A stretch of 64,000 nt of DNA from Eledone cirrhosa (Eukaryota). Every line of letters begins with the position of its first letter. The first letter of the stretch is position 1. This document shows positions 54,592-64,000 of this stretch, one piece after another. The notes below the pieces were generated by a model. It was not told where the DNA came from. It was given only the letters and a program-made list of their open reading frames with translations, and did no database searches. The stretch is from positions 36,146,001-36,210,000 of the forward strand of contig OZ024745.1 of assembly GCA_964016885.1 (NCBI GenBank), in the 5' to 3' direction. The translations under genes were made by a program, and so were the position numbers.

Positions 54592-54759
54592 TCGGGTCGA
54601 ATCCCCACTCTGAATTGCAGATCGATGGCGGAATTTGGTCCATAACTTCGAGAAGTGCCCCTGAGACAATCCTCTGCGAATCGCGCATAACAGGTCTATA
54701 CACAATATAAAACTATACACCTGTAAATATGCACTTTTAGTATATGCACTCTGCATTTC
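53488..54759. repeat. Nested inverted repeats: outer ~170-bp arms (53488-53658 / 54589-54759) enclosing an R1 fold-back (53926-54515)
   Basis: Mirrored ORFs 53491+ and 54547-. The inner arms start and end at TAAATGGAATAGAATG / CATTCTATTCCATTTA. Confidence 0.85.
54190..54228 (+). ncRNA. Minimal type I hammerhead ribozyme (family R1)
   Basis: GATG-CTGAAGA-T-AGCT-AATA-AGCT-T-GAAA-CTAG-TA-CATC, with a perfect stem I. Confidence 0.85.
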
Positions 54760-54872
54760 AACACTGTTCAACACTGACACATATATGTATGTACGTTTAT
54801 ATACATGCATACTTACATTTATATATATATATAATTAGGAGTGGTGCTCTGAAATAGCGATGTATACAAGAA

Positions 54873-55308
54873 TGTATGTATAGTATATTTGGCAATATAC
54901 TGTATGTTTAATTAAAAACATTTTGAAGACGTTGCGCTATTGTTTTAAAGTAGTGACTATGTCACTTACTTCTTTTTTCAACAAAGGAAAGGAGATAAGC
55001 TAACAGATATGTTTCATACTGTTGGTGTTCATCAGACTTAGCACTCGCCGACCTTTGCTGAAAATTATAGAGGCTGGATTCTTATAGAATTCCAGTAATA
55101 ATCAGGAACTGATTATACAGAGCGATTGCCGGTCCAGCAAAAATTAACGAGCGCCAGTCTCTGATGAACACTAACAGCTTATCTTCTTTCCTTTGTTGAA
55201 AAAAGAAGTAAGTGGCATAGTCACTACTTTAAAATAATAGCGCAAGTACTTCAAAATGTTCTTAATTAAACATACAGTATATTGCCAAATATACTATACT
55301 TACATACA
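54873..55308. repeat. Fold-back inverted repeat (~130-bp arms) with an HHR motif (55005-55037 minus) and a truncated twin at 55161
   Basis: Arms 54873-55002 and 55176-55308. The minus strand has CTGATGA-ACACCAACAGTAT-GAAAC-ATATC. Confidence 0.75.
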
Positions 55309-55311
55309 TAC

Positions 55312-55473
55312 ATACTCGGAAGGCCTCCGCGGAGGTGGAGTTACGATTTTAGGAATATGATTGGGACTACATGGATGAGGAAAGCAAGATCCAGAGAGGA
55401 AAGGACGGCGTGCTGTGACCAGCGGCGCCGAATGGACGCCCGACAGACTGGTCGGTCAAGATGATCAAGGTGA
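55312..55473 (+). mobile_element. RTE-clade LINE 3' end fragment
   Basis: GRPPRRWS.DFRNMIGTTWMRKARSRE is a typical RTE ORF C-terminus. Confidence 0.6.
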
Positions 55474-55689
55474 TATATATATATATATATATATATATAC
55501 TACAGTGTTAAGAATGGCATAGTATATTGCATGAGACTGGTGTTCTTGTATTGAAACAAAAGAATGGATGACATGCATTTAATCATACGTTTACTTGATA
55601 AAGATCGCGGTAAATCCACAAGAATAGCAACAACTTCTTTAACACATTTAGTACCAAAACACCTGGTTCTACAGCAGGACCGTGTGTGT

Positions 55690-56476
55690 TTTAAAGTGTT
55701 TATATTTATATAACGTCCTTCCGTGTCAACTACGGCAGTTGATTCAGGCAATTGTAAACAACAGGTGGTAGGAGCTCTAAAGAGAACCATTAAATGAGAT
55801 CGTACACTAAAGAATTAGCTGTAGGGTTAAATATGAAATAGAGGGTGCTAGGGAAGAATCTAGAAGATTGAAAAGTTTAGAAAAGTTATCGCAACCGATG
55901 TACTAGCAACAGGAATGGCTTTCAAGGTGAATCAGGAACGTTGCGCAATTGGAGCGAAAGATCGTGCGCCAGGATATGAGGTGAACGAAAGCGGTACGGT
56001 GGGCTTAGGTGACAGAAGCATGATGTAGTAACAATACCTCGATTCGGTCTTTTGGAACAACACCGATGTGTGCAATTCAGTACTCACCGGATGTGCGTCG
56101 CTTTTCAGTGGCACTCTGCCTGCCTGTTCGACAAGAGTAACAAGTCATCTGAAACGGTAGGAGATTTCATAACCTACCCCGTTGATCTACCACGAATATC
56201 AGGGAAAGAAGCAAATGGCTGCGACAAACCTATAAAAGCACCTGAAGTACGGGGCGGGGAGGTGAGCGGATGCAGATGATGCAAAGTTTGGATAGCCTAC
56301 ATTAGGAGTTCCATGAATTTATTCCAATCGTATTTCGCAGCCACTTGACTGATATTTACCACAACTAGCAGTAGAACGGGAGAATTCCCAGCTTTTTTAG
56401 TTGGGGCGTCGTAACTCTACAGAGAAAAAGTCACAATAAAGAGGACTCATTACATCATTTTCGGCCTATAACTCAT
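55690..56476 (+). mobile_element. Degenerate Tx1 ORF2 fragment (between APE and RT)
   Basis: Aligns by eye with 19150-19900 and 11870-11990 (CAACT.GCAG.AGAACGGGAGAATTCCCAG, TTTCGGCCTATAACTC). Confidence 0.65.
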
Positions 56477-57360
56477 GCGAATGAGATCTGAAATCAAACC
56501 ACATTAATCCCTAGGTGTTGCAGCTATACCAATCAGATATACGCGTTCAAATACAAATGCAAATTTTGAAAAGAGACCTTTGCATTTATTTTCATTCAGT
56601 TTAGTAATCAATTTCCTTTGCTTGACATTACATATTGAACACAGAGAAACAGACAACAAACTACATTGCTACCACATATGTATGTAAGTATGTATGTTTG
56701 TACGTATGTATGTATGCATGCGTGTATGTATGTATGCATGTATGTATGTATGAATGTATAAATTCTGTATATTTATATGTATGTGAGTATTCATGTATGC
56801 ATGATAGAATCTATGCATTCACATGACTGTTCGTAGGTCCATAGATGTAAACAACACCCATAATTGAAATTGGTTATATCTATATTACACTGGGTATACT
56901 ATTCCCAAAGGATTTTGCTATAATTTGGTTTTACTATTAAACAAATAACTAAACTCGGGGGGTGTTCTATATACTGGTGAACATATATTCTAAAAATATA
57001 TGTATTTAATCTCGTATCACATATTAAGGTATCTATCGAAAAATGTAACAATTTTACAGGATATAACGAAATTTATAGGGCAGAATTTCTCAACTTTTCA
57101 TAATTACTCATCCTATACTTACTAGCAAAAACCCCAAAAATGACAGCATAAAGAATTCTGTCTATTAGCTTTACTGTAGTCATGTTTTTCACTTTTAAAT
57201 GCGTGAAATGCCAAGTGTATATACACACAGGCATACATATATAAGACCATAAATCCACGCATACACACATAAATATATACACATAATCACAAACATAAAT
57301 GCAAACAAGCAGTCACATACATACACACATAAATACATACAAACATACACACACACACAC

Positions 57361-57391
<31 letters not shown>

Positions 57392-57526
57392 AATGTGTGT
57401 GTGTGTGTGTGTGTGTCTGAATATGGAGGTACCATACGTGAATTCTTATCTATACAGTGATTTATATTATATATACAAGTACTCAGACACATATATATAT
57501 ACACACACACACACACACGCACTCAG

Positions 57527-57587
<61 letters not shown>

Positions 57588-57602
57588 AATATATATATAT
57601 GT

Positions 57603-57648
<46 letters not shown>

Positions 57649-57784
57649 CACATTGGTGTGGCTATGTGAGGGAAAATGTATATGTATAATTGTGTATGCG
57701 CAACCCTGTGCATATGTATATATGTATAAGTGTCTGTGTGTGAGTGTGAGAGATAGAGGGATGGAAAGAGAGAGAAAGAGGGAA

Positions 57785-57906
<122 letters not shown>

Positions 57907-58259
57907 CGCAGAGAGAGAGAGAGCTTAATTTTATCGGATTAGTAATGCATTTATGTATGTATGTATATTGGAAAACATTTCAGTGTTTGTCAAATTAGGA
58001 GAAAAAGTATTTAAACAGATCGGAAATAAATAAAAAAAATCCCCCAATTATGAAGATATACACGTTATCTAGACGGGGTCTAAAAACAAAGGAAAAACAA
58101 AAGAAACAGAATTCTTGAATTTGATTTATTCATCGGGAGGGGGGCGGGGGACAGTTGTATTGATCACATCTGCCAATATATAATCAAATTTTACAGATAT
58201 TAAGATATAGGACAACGAAATCGTGAACTGCGGTTGTTTTAGAAATAGCAGGGGAATAT

Positions 58260-58312
<53 letters not shown>

Positions 58313-58383
58313 GGTGGTACGGGGGTGCGCGCGCAGCTGATAAAAAATCTTATATTTTATTATATATATATATTTTATATACA

Positions 58384-58486
<103 letters not shown>

Positions 58487-58659
58487 TTGCTGACTGGAGA
58501 AGGTTTCTAATAAAATTAGGATGAATTTATGTTAAAATAAAAAGTTACGGTTATCATAGAAATATTGCTGATATATACGGATTGAGGCAATCGATCGATC
58601 TCTAAATAAAATAAGCATAAATGTAGGAAAAAGTTAAAATTTAATTAAATATATACCCT

Positions 58660-59260
58660 TTCGCAACGGGTAGGATGGTGACAGCGTGTTTATGGTGTTC
58701 GAATTCAGGATATCAAATCGTGGTCTCCCTTCCTCGACGCTGCAGTAAATCGAATTCTTGTGCATGGTGCTTATTGTTTCCTGTGTCCTTTTAATAAAAA
58801 CATCCTAGAAATTTCGTATGTGATGCAGACATATAGGAGACCAGCAATATATGATGGCGTACATATCATAGCTCTCATGTTCTTCCTACCTCTATTGATT
58901 TGGTCTTTCAGACTGTAGCACTTTTAATTAGCCGACATAATTCCTTCGCTCAATATTTCATCAATGAACCTCAATTTCTCCCTGCTTCAAGAGTTTTGTG
59001 TCACCCAGGCACAGTCTCTTGTCGATTCACTTCTAGATGTAAATGTCTTCTTATGTATCCCCTTTAGTCGAGAAGACAACTGTGAATTTCCCCTGTCTAT
59101 TATTATTATCGTCCCACATATATTACACAAAAGGAGTGGGCTCTGACCTGTTACATTACAAGTTAAGTACCTCATTAATGTGCTAAAATGCACTATCAGT
59201 AATGTGGATGGCGAGGTCATGATGTATTTCTTCATTTGTGTTATGTGACTACGTGCATTT
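58660..59260 (-). mobile_element. Degenerate RTE-like LINE 3' fragment
   Basis: Minus-strand remnants such as NYVG, GRKNM and SAYEISRMFL resemble the RT C-terminal region. Heavily mutated. Confidence 0.35.
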
Positions 59261-59269
59261 TTGCTGATA

Positions 59270-59393
<124 letters not shown>

Positions 59394-59400
59394 GAGAGAA

Positions 59401-59685
59401 TATTAGTCTACGACTTCTTTTATACCATAAACGTGGTTTTGTCTTTGCGTGTAATTGTTTTTCACCGCTCCAAATAATGACGTATTATATTCGTTTTTTC
59501 CCGTTCTTTGCTAGGGGATGTTTCCACGAACCAAATTATCGTCTTCCTGTCTTCCTCCGGTTGCAACGTTTTTTGAAATATTTACTTCTGCGTTCACATA
59601 TTGACTTTGTTAGTTTGAGAAGATCCCGTTAAGGGTGAAAGCAGCGATTCTTTGCTTAAACTTTAATCTGTTATTTTAATAAATA
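59401..59685 (+). mobile_element. Solo 3' pLTR of the Naiad-like PLE
   Basis: High similarity to 41025-41305, and it ends in (TA)n. Confidence 0.85.
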
Positions 59686-59708
59686 TATATATATATACAT
59701 ATATATAG

Positions 59709-60945
59709 AAGACATTACCCGGATCACTGACAGCGGCTCATGGATGGATGTTGTTTACCTTGACTTCGCTAAGGCTTTTAATTCTGTGCCACACAAAAGA
59801 CTTATGGCGAAACGCTCTAAAATGGGTGTGAGGGATGATCTTTTTAACTGGTTGAAATCCTTCATTCTCAGCCGAAAATAGGTAGTCACGATTCTATGAC
59901 AGCATTCTTCACCATATGAGATGTCATCTGGTGTACCACAGGGATCTGTTATTGGTCCCCTGTTGTTTGTGGCATATATTAATGACAAAGATGCCAACTT
60001 AAAGAATGCCACTGTACTGAAATATGTAGATGACACCAAGCTGTACCTTGAAATCAAAAGGACGCTCCTGAAATCTACAACTCTTTCCTACAATCAGACC
60101 TGGACACAATGCAGCAATGGATCACAGACTGGCAACTGAAGCTGGCTGTGGACACGTGTACCACCATGCATTTTGGGAGGAAAAATCCAGCGTCCACATA
60201 CTCCCTCCACAACACTGATATCAAGAATTCCTCTTGTGAACGTGACCTAGGCATTACTGTCAGCAGCGATATGCGTTGGACAAAGCACGTCTCTAAGATT
60301 GTCAAGAAGGCCGAGGGTGTCTTGGCATCACTCAGCAAGACCATTGTTAGCCGGTCTCCAGCCATCTATTTAAAGCTGTATACAGCTATGATACGACCAC
60401 ACTTGGAATTCGCATTATCAGTCTGGAACCCCCATCTTGCTCAGAACATTCACCTCCTGGAAACTGTTCAGAGACGTGCAACCAAGCGCATACCCTCCAT
60501 CAGACACCTACCATACTCTGAACGCCTTGCTTCCCTGGGCATGGATTGATTGAAGCTCGGACGTCTGGCAATGGACTTGGTAAACACCCACAAAGTTATT
60601 AACCATCTCGCCAACAACACTGGGCACCTTTTTGATCTCCATGTGTCTAACATACGTGGACATGCCTACAAAGACAGAAAAGAGCACAGCTCCCATGACT
60701 TTCGGAAACATTTTTTCACGCTTGGAGTTGCTAAAGCATGGAACAAACTGCCTGCGTCAGTTGTCAGCTGCCGAGATACTGCATCCTTTAAAAACCTCAT
60801 GCTTCCCGAAATTCGCCAAAACTACACCCGATGTCCCCTTCGATAAACATGCACACGTGTGTATATCATGACTGTTCATTTTCCTGACGTCTGTACATTT
60901 CCCTGTATTCTATACATACACTTTTATATAGTACTGCACTTTATA
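59709..60945 (+). mobile_element. CR1-clade LINE, 5'-truncated RT pseudogene
   Basis: DVVYLDFAKAFNSVPHKRL, SGVPQGSVIGPLLFVAYIND, YVDDTKLY, ERDLGI, RPHLEF..VWNPH, LETVQRRATK and AWNKLP. Confidence 0.9.
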
Positions 60946-60991
60946 TAGTAATGCACTGGGTAATTGTTGGCCTTGTGCCTAAAGTAGAAAC

Positions 60992-61065
<74 letters not shown>

Positions 61066-61615
61066 TTTACATTATATAATTCTTTTTTTTAAAGAATTGA
61101 CCTCTCATTTTTTCAATAATACCACTTTGACCAATGAAAGAAAAGAAAAAAAAAAAGAAAAACAGACCCTTAGATATGTTTTCAGTGCTATTTCCTATCT
61201 CACCCTATCTCTATAGAACCTTACTTCTCTTTTCAAACATATATATGTATATATATATATATATTTCGTTTCTGAATTTGTGCGTGTGTTTCTTATTGGC
61301 AACATGACCCTCCCAAAGTATAACAATATATATATATATATATATATAACTCTTAATGGCTCAGCTTTTACGTTTGTAAGATTAAGCGTTCAGAATCTGA
61401 ATGTCTTGACCACCTGATGCTTTGATTATTGTTGTCTTTGTGATGCGTGTTGATTGATTATGTTTAGAGCATCCGATAACTGCTTTCATTTATTCTATAT
61501 ATCTCGGAAATGGTAAATTAACTATTGTGGAACTACCTACCTACCTATATCTAAAGACATTTTTTCCCAATTCCAACCCACCCGTCTCTTCAACCTATCT
61601 TATTTCTCATTCTTG

Positions 61616-61649
61616 CTTCTGATGAAGGATTAGCGTCCGAAACGTTAAG
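61616..61649 (+). ncRNA. Minimal hammerhead ribozyme, second copy of the 42543 family
   Basis: CTT-CTGATGA-A-GGA-TTAGCG-TCC-GAAAC-GTT-AAG, with palindromic AACGTT as stem III. Confidence 0.7.
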
Positions 61650-62953
61650 ACCCTCTTCCTGCTATATTAAGCGTTAACCTAACATATCCCTTCCATATAC
61701 TGTACCGATTGTGTTGTTATTTCTGTTTACTTTTTACACACATATATTTATATATATATGATAAAGTTATATCTGTATATACAATGCCATTTTTTTTCTT
61801 TCAATGCATACCAGACTGGTGTTATTAAACATGGTGTGTACGAAACATGTCATTTGTCACAATATCTTCGTTGGCCCAAAATGATCTATCATAATTGAAA
61901 ATATTCCAGCTGGAATATTTTCAATTATGTATTATTATTTCATCACCTATCTTATAATCTCTGTATCAGTCCATTGAGACAACTATTTTAAACTCTCTAT
62001 TACTAATGCATTAAGGAGTTCGGATAGACCATTTTGTGTATACAATGCATTCTTTACTGCTAAGTTGATAAATATATTACTAGCTATTTAATGTTGATGA
62101 CAGTCAATTCTATACTGTACTACAAAAGCAATACATGATATAATGTAATAGATGTAAACATATTTCATTTACTCTCGGGTCCCCAATAATAGGGCAGGGG
62201 GAATAAGCAGGGTGGGTAATAAGTGGAGGGTGGTTGGAAAATCGGTAATTTTTCTAGGATGACTCCTTTGATCTTTTAAAAGCAAGTGCTAGTTGTTTAG
62301 TTTACATATTGTGAACCTAACCCATCCTATAAGATTTATAACGTATGAGATTTCATGTGATGTATTTTTCTGTCATATATAAGGTTTCTGATGAATAAAG
62401 AAAATTAATTGATGTATAATGAAATATAAAATTTCGGCAGAAATTCGTTAGCGCAATTCAATAATCTGGGGAGTTCTTGGAATATGAGCGTCAGGATGGA
62501 AAAACATTTGAAAAATATATAAGCGGGAGGTGTGTACGATTAACCGAGACCGGCGAGTTTATACAATTCATGCTGCAGTGTAAACCAGGCAGAAATCACT
62601 CCAGGTTCAGGCATTTCTTCAATTTATATCTGTATATATTATTTCTTCAATATATGTCTGTAGGTAAATTGTTTAGAAGTTTCTTATATATGCATATATT
62701 TCCAAGTGCATATACATTTTTTGAGAGTGTGCGAGCATTTGTGTGCATAATCTTACAAGCATATAAATGCATATAAATATATAAAAATAAGTGAATAGGT
62801 GAACTAAACGAAACGCGTCTGAAATAAAACAGAGGTGGCAATTTAAATATGTTCGGAAGACGAGCATGGACGAAATACAAAATTCAGTGGTAAATCAGAT
62901 TTAAAATATCCACACACACATATATTAATGAGTTGGCGCTTGTGTAACCCCTC

Positions 62954-63044
<91 letters not shown>

Positions 63045-63079
63045 TATATATATATAAATAAATATATATATATATATAT

Positions 63080-64000
63080 AAATTAATATGTAAGTGATGA
63101 AACACAGATACCAACACATCTGTATATATATTGCAAAAGAAAAATTTAGCCAGATTGAAGTATACTAATTATTATACTACAGTTTGTCCATATCGATTTA
63201 AAATAATAAATCAACGGAGACGAACTGTATTGCCAAAAGGCGGTGGTGTTTAGACACATTTAAATTTCAAAATCAAACCTGTTCCGTAGATAAGTTTAGA
63301 CTTAAAGATCTAAATATGTTTCGAGTTAAAAACTGTAGTATAATAATTAGTATACTTCAATCTGGCTAAATTTTTCTTTTGCAATATATATACAGATGTG
63401 TTGGTATCTGTGTTTCATCACTTACATATTAATTTATACACTGCTCAGGGGATATTTTTTCCTCATTCGAGCTGATTCCATTGTAAAAGAATTCATTACC
63501 TTATTAAATTTAACTGCTCCTAGTTTGAGCTGCAAACCATCCCATATATACGACTGTTATTTCTAGCAGTACGGTTATGAGACTAGTTAGATACTGTAAA
63601 GCCATGTGCGCCACGCAGTCTTTTAAATTATTTAGAAGTGAAGCATCTCAATTTGTCTCTGGATGTTTACTGAGGAGAGCGGGGCATGATATTCCTACAC
63701 TTTTTTAACTCGAAACATATTTAGATCTTAAAGTCTAAACTTATCTACGGAACAGGTTTGATTTTGAAATTTAAATGTGTCTAAACATCACCGCCTTTTG
63801 GCAATACAGTTCGTCTCCGTTGATTTATTATTTTAAATCGATATGGACAAACTGTAGTATAATAATTAGTATACTTCAATCTGGCTAAATTTTTCTTTTG
63901 CAATATATATACAGATGTGTTGGTATCTGTGTTTCATCACTTACATATTAATTTATACACTGCTCAGGGGATATTTTTTCCTCATTCGAGCTGATTCCAT
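63080..64000 (+). mobile_element. Retrozyme-like element family R2: inverted 5' arm plus ~520-nt tandem units with an HHR at ~63670-63722; runs off the window
   Basis: 63080-63332 is the reverse complement of 63702-63955. AACTGTAGTATAATAATT recurs at 63331 and 63850 (period 519). The HHR motif is CTGAGGA-GAG...CTC-GAAAC-ATAT-TT. (TA)n lies on the left. Confidence 0.75.

Overview
This is an AT-rich, microsatellite-saturated eukaryotic (animal) window made almost entirely of retroelements. The SINE family present resembles those of coleoid cephalopods, which is an inference and not a proven taxonomic call. No intact host protein-coding gene can be supported, and most ORF-track entries are translations of (TA)n/(GT)n/(GA)n repeats. 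Main contents: (1) a head-to-tail array of three degenerate Tx1-clade LINEs (11.8-21.75 kb), each ending at a (TATC)n tract, plus two more Tx1 fragments; (2) Penelope-like elements (PLEs), including a near-full-length RT+GIY-YIG copy with a long Asn-rich insert (26.9-30.9 kb) and a Naiad-like fragment (39.3-41.3 kb); (3) R4/Dong, CR1 and RTE LINE fragments, about 10 tRNA-SINE copies and a small Helitron. The most notable feature is at least 15 hammerhead ribozyme (HHR) motifs inside short non-coding elements. These elements sit against (TA)n tracts, form long fold-back inverted repeats and, in three families, ~430-520 nt tandem units. They look like retrozyme-type non-autonomous PLE derivatives. 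Coordinates were read by eye and are accurate to a few nt for motifs and tens of nt for degenerate element boundaries.
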